64,000 bases of DNA from Tubiluchus corallicola (GCA_030141605.1 JAQGDQ010000007.1:1351173-1415172); one strand, 5' to 3'. Shown: positions 16,601-28,632, numbered from the stretch's first letter. The notes: generated by a model not told the origin, from the sequence alone. A program made the numbers and translations.

Positions 16601-19600
16601 TCCCAATTTGTCTCCCATTCCAGCCTGCATTTTTGCTACATCACTGAAATTATGCAAAATCAAAATTCAATGGTGATTTTGCTAGGCAATTTATTAGTAA
16701 TTTTAGGGTTCCTGTGCAACAGATAAAAATTCAGCGCTAGCAAGCAAACTTTAACAAAGTGCTACCTATTGCTGTTAGAAAGTCTTTAAATACCTTGGTT
16801 ATGTTCCTTTTTAAATGGCAGGGAAATGTGTAAAAATTAATGACAGATTTCTTGAACCATTTAGGCTTCATAGTGAAGTCTCATTAAGGATCTATGGCAC
16901 TCAAAATTATAATTAATGAAATTGTCAGTCACTACAGTCTGATATTGTTTTAAAGGACGCAAATTTTCCCATAGTAGACCATGAGAAGCTATTTAAAACA
17001 AACTTAAAGTGCGATATTTAAGTTGAAGATTTTAATCTAAAAAGCTGTTAGCAGATTGTTCATTTTAAGGCTTCAGAGATGTTCAGAGGCAACGAATACA
17101 GATAAAGTTAAAGCATATATTACACACAATTGTCCCAATTAATTTAGGCAGTTGCTGCCTGGCACTCTAGTATTGTTGCTTTACAACCTAAAGAACTTGA
17201 AAAATGTCAACAAAGGGTGTGCAGAATGTCACAGTCTGTCAAGACAGAAAGTATCAAAATGCACCTGCTCATTTAAAACTGGAATTACTGAAAGAACGGC
17301 AAACTGAACTGTATTTAAAAATTCGAAGCAAATTAGAAAATTCAAGGCATGGCAATTTAATTCCAGCAGCAAGAGAACAAGCAGGCCTAAGATCGACTAG
17401 AAAGAAAGAAAAATATATTGAAGCAAAATAAGCAAAATGTAGAATTGATAGATGTTATACATCACCTTTACAATATTTAACTAGATTACTCAACGGCAAA
17501 CATTAAAGAAAATCAAGTGAAATTGTTTGGAAAATTTTATTAATTTTTTTTAATGGCTGACATGCATAACTCGTATTTGAACTGATATATGATTGTTTCT
17601 TTCAAACATGTACTTTTATGAAAGCTGTGTGGAAAATTAATATTGTTTAGCAAATTATTGTAGCCTTTTAATTTTATTTATTTACTTTACAATCTGTAAA
17701 TACCACAGTAAAATTCAGTTTTTTAACTGTAATCAGGGTTTGTTTTAATAAACTTACTTACTTACTTATTAATAGCTTCAAATTGCAAAATATTTTCTTT
17801 GTAAAAAAATAATGCCAAATTTTGAAACAGTCGGCACTTTTACCCTTCGAAATAGGAATGTGATGGCAAAAAACAAACAAACAAACATGAGCTTAGTGAT
17901 ATGGATATAGACCAGAAAGGAGAACAGCATTTTAACTAAACAGTAATTTTTAGTTAACTACCGAGATTGTGCAAAAAAAAACAATAGCTTCCCAAAATAA
18001 AAGCAACTGAAAGGCTTACGAATCGTCAAAGATGAATCACTCACTAGCCCTCAAAATACAGCAATTAAGAAAAATGGTTCCCACAAAAAAGACAAGCCTT
18101 TCTTTCTGCCACATCTCTACATACACTTTCAAGAAATAAAAACAACATACTCAGATAATCTAGTGCTTAAACCACCAGAATGATGAATGTCAAACCATCC
18201 TATCTGTTGCCGCATGACGGCCTCAAAAAACTTCACTCGAATCACATTTATTTGCCTTTCAGCTGCCATAGCCCAGAATGAAACCTGTCATAAAATACAA
18301 ATTTATTTCAAGGCATCCTAAATCACAAATAGACTTTTTAACAATTACTCTACAATTATTGCTTACATTTTTATAATTAAAGATCCTGATTATAATTATA
18401 CTACCATCTGTACCTATAAGTATACTATTTCTTTATGAAGATAGATAAGAACAGACTAGATGACATCAGTAAGCTGATGCAGTCTTGGGTATGCTGACGA
18501 AAAATAGTAAACGTAAAAGTACAGCAAACTAAACATTTTTGCTACTTTAATAAAATAAAGTAATCTTAATATATCTAATTTATCTATTGGCAATTAAACA
18601 GGCACCAAATTATGGATAAGCTTGTTCAATCTTAAGAAGTGCTAGTGTAACTCTTGATGTGCACCTGCATGTAGCCAAAAAGTAAAACACCCGCTCCAAT
18701 GGCGGCATAGTAAATGGAGAACATTCTCATCTGATCCATCAATGCATCTGAACCACAAATTTCATCCGGCTCATACGGTAGCTGACTGGTAAGATTTGCT
18801 GGCAGAGTGTCATACAACGAAGAATTTAGAAACTTATCCACACATGAACAATCATCTGCTGCCAGATTACATCCAAAAAGTTCGTTAAACCATTCTACAG
18901 ATCTAAGAATATACAAAAATGCATCAATGTTTAACTGAAAGCCCAACTAAAACAGAAATGTCTGAGAAAATGAAAATTGAGAAACGGTACTGCTGCGTGA
19001 CATTGGCAATGAAGGACAAAGCCTCGATAAATTTTTAGTTCACAGTTTTAAATTTCAATTTTATCCAACGCTAATGTGTGATTTCACAAAATTGCCTTGG
19101 CATTATGACTGGGTTTAGCTTCTGCTACTCCAGTATAGCACTTACTTTTGCACAATGAGTTTCCATGAGGCAGGCACTTTTGTCTAACTAAACAGGTATT
19201 GGCGATATGATGCAATACTAAAATTAGATTTCACAATATTTCTTAAGCATAAGTCATTCTTAGAAAACAAAACATTTTTTCTCTTTTAGCATTTTAGAAT
19301 GTAAATTATTTATGTAAATGTAAGAATGTAAGTCATTTATCTATATAGCATGCTGATACGAAGTGCTTCAGTATTAAGATATAATTGTTTGGTGATAATT
19401 ACAACTGGCAAGCAAGAAATAAGTTAATGCATCATTTTTGGACGATGAAGTAATAATTTAATAAAAATGTAAAGTCTGTCAAAATAGCATGAAGTCTCTT
19501 CTATGGTTACAGTTATTTTATTATAGTAATTATAACTATACATTATAAGGACTAAATTGCTTACCTCTCACCTCTTTATTTGATGTTTTTAAAAGTATAA

Positions 19601-22600
19601 TAATTAGCACTCATACAGCACACATAAGTGTAGCTGCAGCCTGCTCTATAAAGATGTGTATCAAATACCTGTTGCGCGATTCAAGACCTTCGACCAAATA
19701 GTCTACTAAATTTGGCCATATTTCATTTAGTACAAAGGAGTCAGTCATATCTCCAAAAACAATAACCATCAAAGGTAAAGCTGCTCCATGGCATAATGCT
19801 CCAAAAGTGCCCAAAAACATGAACAACTTGTCCCACACATCAGCAAAACGAAACTATAACAAATTACAAAAAAAAAACACAAATAAAAGCTTGCTAGACA
19901 TTATTTATTATTTTACTTGGCCATTTTATGCAACAAAGTTAGCAAATACAGGGAAAATTTTACTTTAAAAATGATTAGCGGTAACTGCTAATCAAAATCT
20001 ATTTTGTATAGTAAGTTTTTTGTGCAGCATTTTTCAAAACAAGTAACTGTTATTACTTCTGCTTGCAAATTCGCATTTATTATGATAGGTTAATACTACA
20101 CACATTAATGCAATAAAAAATGCAAAAAACAATAATTGATCTAGAAACATGATTATAAAATTATTTAAGATCGTTCTGTGAGGATCTTAAGGCGATTTTA
20201 AAAAATTTCGTAAATTTGTAATGTTCGAAGACCTTTTCAAGTGTTTCTGCACTTTTGTAAACAAATGGCAACAAATGCACAGCAATCAGCTGAAATTACG
20301 TAGCAAAATGCTATGGGCTACCACATAACATTTTCACTGCAAATACACGAGACAATCACAAGCGCTTACACATAACTCTATAGAAGTCTCGCTCTTAACC
20401 AGTGCATTTATAAAATAGTAGAAAACTAATGACATTGATTTACACTTTCTTTATAGGCAATACATTGTCCAAACTAGAAATTTACAATATTTTTTATGAA
20501 CAATATACCTATTGTATATTTCAATTATTTAGTTATGTACACAAGTTTAAAAACACACATAGTAGAACATTTTCTTAATTTGTTTGGTGTCGCAACACCT
20601 CCAAAATCTGTAGAACTAAAAGAGACAGTGTCCTTAGATTGGGTTAGAAACATCTAATACTAACAGTTACTATCCTAGCACTAAGCAGAATTGACACTGC
20701 ACTATTTTAGACCTCTTCTAACTGACATATGAGCTACAGTTATTAAATGTGTTACAGTGAGCATCAAAACTTTTCTATTCAACACGTAAATGTTTAGTGA
20801 CACACTAAAGAGTAAGTGCAATAAATATGCATCATAGTGATTAACCTTTGCATCATTTAATAAATATGTACATGTCCAAATAAGTTGGAAGTTCTCTACG
20901 ATTTTTGTACAATGTGATCCGTAAAAAGTAATGAATTGTACATCTTGATGAAAGTGACCATGAATGTCCCTAACACTAGAATAATTCTTATTTAGTGGTT
21001 TATTTATTTTATTAGGTTACTCAATTACAGTTGCAAAATTTCATAATATTCTAAATGGCTTATACTAGGCACCATTGGATTTTTGCAATTATTGTAAAAA
21101 TTAAATCACAGTAGTAATCAAAAACATAAAAACTGCTCAATGCTCACTTAGGAAACGTTTTTCAACCTAAAATATAAGGCCAGATAGCTACAAAATGTTT
21201 CACCAAATACAATAATTCATTTAGCATTACAAACAGAGAAGCTTAACTAAAGAACGTTAATGATGTCTTTAGTTTTATAATTGAAATATCGATAACTAGT
21301 TCATCAGTTTCCCTACTTAAAAACATGGGTGTCTGTGATGACGAAGATGTGCTGCACATGTTTCCATGCGTACAGGGTGCCCAAAGTGAAACAAGTCACA
21401 ATGACGTTTGTTCAATGACTGTACTACATTGTTACTGTTCTCCCATGTTGTCATCACTCTTCAGTTGAAATTTATTTTTTGCAAATGGCAAGCAAATTGA
21501 TGCCACCCTGATGTGTTCTGACCAGCGAGTTTTCTCTTCAAGTAACTTGCCAAGCAAATCGTAAGCGAATTCAGACTAAAGAGCAAAACTTACTGTCAGA
21601 CACTCACTTCTCTATTTGCTGACAGAAGGGTTGAGCGTAATTCACAGAGGCATTCACACTAAACAGTAACTTTAAAGAAATCAATTCGTAGCAACTGTCA
21701 GGGAGCTTGAAATTTCTTGCTGACTGTAACTCACAATGTAGAACTTTCACACTTGTGAGTTTACTTTCAAAAAGAAAACTCACTAGTCTGAATGCACCAT
21801 TGGCAAATGAAACTAACAAAAGTTGTCCTACAAGCTAGTGACTTGGCAGTCATTGTCAGTTCTCTTTTACTTTTTGAAAGGGGCAATTAGAACAATTAAG
21901 ACTAGGGATATAATTAGATTTAGACTGCCATAACTACAAGCACATAAAACGAAAATGTATATTTACCAAATGAAAAACCCCCACTGGCACCACGTCTTCT
22001 TTTTTTTCTTCTTTTTCTTCCTTGTCGTTTTCTTTTTCAGCAGGAGTCCCAGAAGGAGCCACCTTTCCGGGCCCATTTTTTAAAGGCATCTTTTCCGGGG
22101 TGCTGAAAAGACTGCTCGTCTGAGAAGGGGTGTTAATAGGACTGCAAATAAGTGACATCATTAACACGATGCAGGCAAATTTACTGTTTGAATCACAATA
22201 TTCAAAATGATTAGTTTTGATCATTTTATCAAAAAATTCTTGCAGTTAATTAATTATGAAGCACACTTTCTTTAGTTTAAAAACTTTTTCAAAACTTTTT
22301 AATTTAGTATAGTTTACTCACTAATTGCTAGCAGTATCGTACAATGTAAGTGGAAGGGCTGAACATACACAACCATTAATTATATGTACTTCAAACTCTT
22401 TCTTTTAAGCTTTATTTCAATTGTACCATTTAGGTTTATAAGTATAGTTGAATTTAATTTACAGTTGCGAATTTGTTATACTAATTGCTTTTTACTAAAT
22501 TTCATATATATCATGCATGACAAATAAAGATGACTATTATTTTATGTATGTATTATTTCAATAAATCGCGCTTTACCTGTAATTAGAGCCATTCATCAAT

Positions 22601-22647
22601 TTTTCACCTGGCGGTTCTTCTGAATTCAACGCACTTATAGTCGACAT
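1466..22647 (-). CDS. ABCB1: ABC transporter subfamily B full transporter (P-glycoprotein/MDR1-like), 24 coding exons in window, 3' end outside window
   Basis: Hand-spliced exons (minus strand, 5'->3'): 22647-22577, 22141-21967, 19853-19669, 18902-18665, 18284-18151, 16643-16472, 15266-15142, 14128-13954, 13682-13569, 11556-11446, 10932-10807, 10484-10281, 9770-9600, 9464-9303, 9104-8916, 6857-6705, 6529-6425, 6102-5941, 5276-5073, 4640-4540, 3862-3722, 3165-3009, 2470-2273, 1672-1466. All introns are GT-AG and all phases are compatible (3780 nt = 1260 aa). TMD1-NBD1-linker-TMD2-NBD2 layout; Walker A GPSGCGKS and GSSGCGKS, Q-loop SQEPVLF twice, [33 protein letters not shown]. The NBD2 signature/Walker B exons were not found in 1-1465. 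Exact orthology among ABCB1/4/5/11 needs a tree. Confidence 0.95.
2273..2470 (-). CDS. ABCB1: ABCB1 exon, NBD2 Walker A
   Basis: [32 protein letters not shown]; read by hand. Confidence 0.97.
3009..3165 (-). CDS. ABCB1: ABCB1 exon, TM12 ([26 protein letters not shown])
   Basis: Conserved motif. Confidence 0.97.
3722..3862 (-). CDS. ABCB1: ABCB1 exon, TM11 ([26 protein letters not shown])
   Basis: Read by hand; different frame from the ORF-track entry. Confidence 0.95.
4277..4343. repeat. (AAC)n and (CA)n microsatellites
   Basis: Directly visible. Confidence 0.85.
4540..4640 (-). CDS. ABCB1: ABCB1 exon ([14 protein letters not shown])
   Basis: Conserved ICL4. Confidence 0.95.
5073..5276 (-). 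CDS. ABCB1: ABCB1 exon, TM9-10 ([19 protein letters not shown])
   Basis: Conserved motif; read by hand. Confidence 0.95.
5941..6102 (-). CDS. ABCB1: ABCB1 exon ([32 protein letters not shown])
   Basis: Conserved ICL3; read by hand. Confidence 0.95.
6425..6529 (-). CDS. ABCB1: ABCB1 exon, TM8
   Basis: [19 protein letters not shown]; GT-AG. Confidence 0.93.
6705..6857 (-). CDS. ABCB1: ABCB1 exon, TM7 ([12 protein letters not shown])
   Basis: Conserved motif. Confidence 0.95.
8916..9104 (-). CDS. ABCB1: ABCB1 exon, Ser/charged linker
   Basis: Phase 0/0 exon with RQISRGMS phosphosite-like linker. Confidence 0.88.
9303..9464 (-). CDS. ABCB1: ABCB1 exon, NBD1 H-loop
   Basis: [18 protein letters not shown]. 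Confidence 0.97.
9600..9770 (-). CDS. ABCB1: ABCB1 exon, NBD1 signature and Walker B
   Basis: [39 protein letters not shown]; read by hand. Confidence 0.97.
10281..10484 (-). CDS. ABCB1: ABCB1 exon, NBD1 Q-loop
   Basis: [23 protein letters not shown]. Confidence 0.97.
10807..10932 (-). CDS. ABCB1: ABCB1 exon, NBD1 Walker A
   Basis: [26 protein letters not shown]. Confidence 0.97.
11446..11556 (-). CDS. ABCB1: ABCB1 exon ([19 protein letters not shown])
   Basis: NBD1 A-loop YPSRPD. Confidence 0.95.
12952..13263. mobile_element. hAT (Charlie-type) MITE in ABCB1 intron
   Basis: TIRs CAGTGGTTCCCAAA / TTTGGAAACCACTG; perfect 8-bp TSD GCTAAAGC at 12944-12951 and 13264-13271. Confidence 0.9.
13569..13682 (-). 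CDS. ABCB1: ABCB1 exon, TM6 ([21 protein letters not shown])
   Basis: Conserved motif; read by hand. Confidence 0.95.
13954..14128 (-). CDS. ABCB1: ABCB1 exon, TM5 ([12 protein letters not shown])
   Basis: Conserved motif; GT-AG. Confidence 0.95.
15142..15266 (-). CDS. ABCB1: ABCB1 exon ([25 protein letters not shown])
   Basis: Conserved ICL2 motif; read by hand. Confidence 0.95.
16472..16643 (-). CDS. ABCB1: ABCB1 exon, TM3-4 ([20 protein letters not shown])
   Basis: Conserved motif; GT-AG. Confidence 0.95.
18151..18284 (-). CDS. ABCB1: ABCB1 exon ([38 protein letters not shown])
   Basis: ICL1 motif RQ.IGWFD; read by hand, not in the ORF track. Confidence 0.95.
18665..18902 (-). CDS. ABCB1: ABCB1 exon, extracellular loop 1 and TM2
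   Basis: ..[25 protein letters not shown]; phase 2/0 splice sites. Confidence 0.93.
19669..19853 (-). CDS. ABCB1: ABCB1 exon, TM1 ([40 protein letters not shown])
   Basis: Canonical P-gp elbow/TM1 motif; GT-AG. Confidence 0.95.
21967..22141 (-). CDS. ABCB1: ABCB1 exon, charged N-terminal region (..[19 protein letters not shown])
   Basis: tttgcag acceptor, GTAAAT donor; joins FRFAD of the next exon as in P-gp. Confidence 0.88.
22577..22647 (-). CDS. ABCB1: ABCB1 first coding exon ([23 protein letters not shown])
   Basis: ATG at 22647; donor AG|GTAAAG; phase 2 matches the acceptor at 22141. Confidence 0.7.
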
Positions 22648-23343
22648 ACTTTCTTGCTGGTTAAACCCCTAAAAATGTTGTGCCGCACTGCAAAAGATAT
22701 GGTTATTACATAAAGACCAGCAAAACGTAAGCTCATTGCTCTTCCGTGGCGCAATAACACACCACAGAATTCAATGGAAAAGTCACGCTTTGCTGGCTAG
22801 TGGCCGGTATGTTACTGAGAAGCTGGCACTCGCCAGACAACTGTCAACAACATATTCCTTTATGCAGGACCTTATTTGATTTCATGTGAATGAATTTTAC
22901 GAAGGTAGATGTCTCTACCTAAAACAAGTTTTTAATTTGGCAAAATAAAGCAGGGTTGTCCAGATAATGAAATCGTACAGTTGTCCGCTGGATGACCGCC
23001 GTATGCAAGGAGGCGTTTGTCAAAAAAGTGAAAGCACCACGCAAGAAAATAACTTACATTTTCATGATCCCTAACACGCCGATTACAGTTTACACACCAG
23101 ATTAGCCGCGTTTCTCTAGTCGTAAAATAACAACGATCAAATTATTTTCAATTACTATATAAAACTAATTATATAGCTAATAAAATTGAGCTAAAACACC
23201 ATTCAGTGCATAGGCTCACATCAGTAAGCCAACGTGTCGATGAATAAGTATTTCTTATCTCTAATCTTATTGCATTCGAGTGCAAAATTGTGTCGTGTAA
23301 AGCCTAATACAATAATTTTATTAATGTACTTGCACTAGCTCTG

Positions 23344-23543
23344 TGTTCAAAGTCCAAGTAGTTTGCACTACTAAATACGGTATTGCTGTAAACTGTAAAA
23401 TACAGGTGATCTCATTTCAACTAAAAATCATTAAACTGTACTGCAACTAGGCTGCAAATTAATTATATGAAAGGTATCTCTATTTGATCAAAGTTTAACC
23501 AGCTGTAGAATGGTTACCAAGGCCAGCCACCGTTCAAAGTTTA
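23344..23543. promoter_or_regulatory. DR1/HNF4-like sites upstream of ABCB1
   Basis: TGTTCAAAGTCCA (23344-23356, contains CAAAGTCCA), TGATCAAAGTTTA (23485-23497), CGTTCAAAGTTTA (23531-23543). Confidence 0.35.
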
Positions 23544-24839
23544 CAAGAAGCCATTATACATGTGCGTATAGACAAGTCATCAATACATGTACTGACATCA
23601 GCATCTGTATTCTACAGTCAGGCAGAGTGAAAAGTGAAAGCCGATGAAATGAAAATCACGCTCAAGTAAAACTCACTCTCGAGTTGTTGATTTGTTAAAC
23701 ACGTCACTCTACGTTAACACGTAACAGCTAACATTCTACATTAGCAAAACTGAAAAACCCGTTTCGTCTATTACGGATAAACTGCGTCTGTTTTAGTACA
23801 GCTTTAATGTCAACATAGTAACTGGTAAAATTATTGTTGTCATTGTGACAACGTACAGCATCGCGTTCAATACTGCGTACACACGCAATTTATATTGCTG
23901 AGCTAGTGGTAGTATTTAGTATCTAAAGTTAGTTGAGCGAGTTCTTGTGAGTATGATTTTAATTTGTGTAAAATAGCCAGCGTAATTCATTTCACATCAA
24001 ATGTACTTTTATGAAAGCCAAGTTTTAGCCTTCACATTAAACCTGCTTTCGTTAGCTATCACCATGGTAACGTTGCACAAATTTCACTGTACAATGCCAG
24101 TCTGCGAATACGTTTACAATTATTATACTTCTCTTAGCTCCTTCAATACATCAAACGTACAATTGTAGATTTTGCCCCGTAAACTGAAAGCTAACGAGAT
24201 GTAAACACTCTCTCCATTACTGTGAACACGGATGAAGTTGTTGCTTAAGCTGAACAAATTCTTTCACCACCAAAAATAGCCTAAGAAATTACAACAGTCA
24301 ACAAAAAAATAAATAAAGATGCCTTCAACCAACACTTCCGTACAGTATCTTTCTCTTTACAAGACAGAGGAACCGCCCAGCTGTACTCCAGAGGAACCTT
24401 TCTGACCTTTCCTCATCATGATTGGATGGTTAGTATAATTGGATGGCCAGTGGGTTGACGAAGCCCTGTTAAAACTTATGTACAACTTTTGTCATACTCA
24501 GCATCATCACTTCAAAACTAGTGGCAACTATATATTTTGATTCACTGCACGATTGGAATGTATTAGGACAAATTAAAATTTGCTAATGCGTACCTGGTTT
24601 TTTTACATATTAGCTTAGAATTTCGGCTATTCTTTTGCACCTGTTTCACTTCTAAATATAAATAATACTGCATCATATTAGATCAGATACAGCAGCAAAC
24701 ACAAATATGCCAATTCCTTCCCCTCCCCCACCCCTAATACAGCTGTGGAAATCAGCTTACTAAATCAATAGATTCCAAACGTGCATCATTCATTAATATT
24801 GTTTCATAAAATCTCAGGATGTTATTATTAGCTTATATA

Positions 24840-26800
24840 GTAGGGTTCCTTATGTCCGATATATGGTTCCAGTGGCATTTCTGTGCGAAATTTATTGAAA
24901 GTAAAGAATTGTGACTCACAGTCCAGAAAAATTGGGTGCCATTTGCAATTGGGCCCCAGATCAAAGAAAAGCCCCATGCTGACTATTAAGACACACCAGT
25001 AATTGCACTAGAAGGTATTTTTATGGTTCTGAATATTAATTTGATATTAGTTTCTTCATAAGGACGGACCCAATTGCCCTAGCAACCCACTTTACGGTAT
25101 TCCTTCTGGCCCGAAAGTATGGCACGCCCGACTTATTTAGTGTACAAATCTGAAATTTACTAGAATGGGTTATTTTAGAATGCTGAATACAAACAATGAA
25201 CTTAGTTTTTCTGTGTGGATGGATCTGTTTGCCCAGACGCCGATCTTATAGGGTTTTCCGGGAACCAAAATAGGACAAATCGTAACATTAAGCACATTCC
25301 TAAATATTGCCAGAAAGGATTTTTCGGCCATTTACTGGGACCAATGCAACCAAAATAAAAGCAAGTACTTTAAAACACTGTAAAGAACATCCATTCAGCC
25401 ACAATATCAAATTGATGAACTTAGTCTCAAAAATGGCTGCGCCTGATGAAATTAAACAAGATATCCACTGGCATGACGAAAAAGGTAAAGCTAAGCTTAA
25501 AGATATGGTTTCATTCAGATTGACGATGTTCATTGCTGTTAAGTCGATTTGGGATAATATTGAAAAGATGAAGTTGAAAGTTCTCGGCACAAGTCAAAAG
25601 AAGATTGCATGCAAAGTTCAGGAGAAGGTTGCGAAGTTCCGACAACTGTTGGCTCGCTTTTTAGTTGTACAACAGTCAAGCCCTGAACTCCGAGAAACAT
25701 TAGGTGACACCACTAGCAGTTTGAGTTCTCTGTTATTCCAAAGTCCTTGTTTCCTGATGGAAAACTTCTAATTCCTATGTATAAAAGTTCTTTCATTATG
25801 CTTTTTTAGAATTTCATTGCAAAAGGAAAAGATGTTACAAGGTACCTTTCAGTGAATGAGCCAAGAACAAAGTGTGCATTATCAATGCTATGGCTGTTGT
25901 CCAATGATGTTAAGAAAGAGCCTAGCAAGGAAACCTTTGCTTTGTGCAAAGATGTGATAAGATCATGAAAGCTTACAAAAAACTCTAAAATCTCAGACAA
26001 GTCGGTTACTTAGTGTACAGAGTTCAATTTTAGTTTGTTAAGATAATTATTTTGTTGCTTCGTTGGGTTTAATTCAAATTACTATTACCATAGCAACTGT
26101 TTTTTATTACTTTGTGGCACCGAGATTCATAAAAAAGGAAAAAATAATAATAATAACTATTATTATAGAAATATGAATGATATTACAGAAACTGTACATC
26201 CTTACTACTTGTTTCAAATTATTGCAAGTTTTACTAAAACATCACATATTGCTACAGAATTTTTTTTTTAAATTGAGTATCCAAATGTTTACAAAGGGGT
26301 TTACAGTCACGTGGTCTTGTGCATACGTTTCTTGTGAATGGCTCCTGACTGCCTGAATTTGCTTAGATGGGTAACTTAATTCACCACACTGATTCTGGCT
26401 GTTTAACTGTCTGTTTACAGTAATCCCAACATGGCTAAAATACTTTGGCCATTTCAGTGGCTCATCTTAGGAGGATATCCTTGATCAGCCAGGCTCCCGT
26501 CATGCCACAAATGTCAACTTTAAGTAGACCCTGCATTTAAATGCTGGATTTTGGCTTCTAGAGTATTTCTTTATGAACAGGGCGACCGAATGGTTGCAGA
26601 ATAATGTTTGTTTCAAGAAAATGAGTGGATTAGCTTACGTTAGGTATTACTTGCCACAATGCATGGCAGTTTCGCGGCAAGGGTGGCAAAGAATCGGAAA
26701 AAACTGACCATTTCACTTTTTGGCTGTACATTGTCAACAAATATCCGATTCATGAAACACATGCCATGAAATGCTGTGTAATTTGTTTAATAAGTGTGCC
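24840..26800 (+). mobile_element. DNA transposon relic, probably Academ-like transposase remnant
   Basis: ORF 25307-25771 (LMNLVS..IWDNIEKMKLK..LLARFLVVQQS..) plus out-of-frame PKSLFPDG and ARLPSC..DP..W fragments; family assignment is from memory and boundaries are approximate. Confidence 0.45.
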
Positions 26801-28632
26801 ACAATTTTCTATTTATAAGTTTACTGATAGAAGAATAAAATAGATAAAACAGCAAATAAAGTTTTAGTGTGAAAATTATAGTTCTTTTGCGATGATAAAA
26901 GTTATGAAGAAATCTGTAACAACAAAATACACTGTGGGACGAAACTTAAAGGAAGACCGGACGATTGTTCAGACTTAATCTCATGTTAATTTACTGTCCA
27001 AAATATACAATTTCTTGCCTACAAAAGTTAACAATTGTTCCTTATATTTGAATAATTGGCTTAGAAAGTTAATTAACGGCAACCGCACACAGCTATTGCT
27101 TACGTCAGAAACTAACACACAGTTTGTGCAATGGCAGGCGTCTTCCCTTGCGCATCAAGCCCATTTGCATAAGTGTTACAATACTATTTAAACGCATGAT
27201 GTCCCGAAAAGGGCTTTACATCATGTGACATCAGAAACTAACACTGCAGTTCATGTGATCATGCTTATCACGGTTCCGCCTTCTATTTGTTGGCCACGCG
27301 AATGTGACAAAAAGGCGCCGCTGCCAATCTTAGTAGATTCATTGAGCCGCACGTAGCTTTGAAAGTTTAAGGAAATTTGAGTATCCTAGGTAATTATTAT
27401 TTAATCTAAGCTTTGATTTAAAAAAAAGCTTTTGTAGTTTTCAAATTTTCGAGTATTCTTTATTGTGAACTAATGCTTACACAATCATCCGGTTGTACTT
27501 TAAATATCGGCAACAGAATTGAACCTCAACTCATTTTCACTTCATTTTAAAAAATGAATCAAATCCGAATCTCACATTTTTGTAATTTCCGAAACTGAAT
27601 CAAATCCGAATCTTCAATTCACTTAAATTCTAATATCAGAGTGAAATCCAAAAATTTTAGCTTGATGTAAGTTCGTTTTGGCATCCGTGCATTGTTAGAT
27701 GCAATAGATTTTATTTGTTGAAATTAATGATCTTGCCAAAACACAATAAAGTTTTTAAATCCAGATTTTGTTTTAGCCTTGTCTATGTTCAGCTTGCTTA
27801 GATTTTTATTTATTTATCTTAAAATGTGTTCGTACTATGTACAAAGAATTCCAAAAACTTTTGGTGTATTAAATTACGAATGCATTTTCTTATTCAAAAC
27901 GAAATCTTGCGCAAGTTGCACCATTGTCGCATAAGACGCGAAAATAGGACTACCACGTGTATCAACATCCTGGAAGTGGCGACAGATACATGCATACATA
28001 CATTACATAGACGTTTATTTTCTCCAATAAACATATCACAGATGGATAGACAAATACACAGACGGGGCGATAATTCTACAGTTGCCAATTTCGTTGGGGC
28101 AACTATAATAATTTCTCAGTCGTCAGTTCATAATAATAACTAACACCATACTCGAGTCATGCTCATACGTATAGCCTATGATAGGACTAGTCCTAAGCCA
28201 CTGTCAAATTTTTAATGAAGCGACCGCAAAATTAATTACTTTCGAAACATAATACTGTAGTAGTATATTTACCCTTTTCGCTCAAGTTTCTTGGCGCAAA
28301 GTTTAAATTTAATGATTTTCCACTTTCACTTTCTTTACCGGGCTATTTTTGACGAATGACTCAGTCAGCTTACAGAGTGACGTAAACTTTCAATGGGCAA
28401 AATCTTGCGTTATGCATATCCATGGTCAGAGCTCATGTGACCCAATGAAGGACGAACTTTGATTTAACAATAATTAGGAACTAAGTTTCTAACACGCAAA
28501 ATCAACGAATCATATTACAACATTTTTATTTAAAAAAATCAGCCTTTCTGATGAAATCCGCATCAAGTCTACTTTGCATCCCCTATGTTATCACTGTGAG
28601 TAAAATAACACCAAAATGAACTCGCTGAGGAG

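Noticed and set aside
24058-24071. X-box-like ATCACCATGGTAAC upstream of ABCB1
   Set aside because: Single imperfect site about 8 kb from the BBS12 exons; insufficient support
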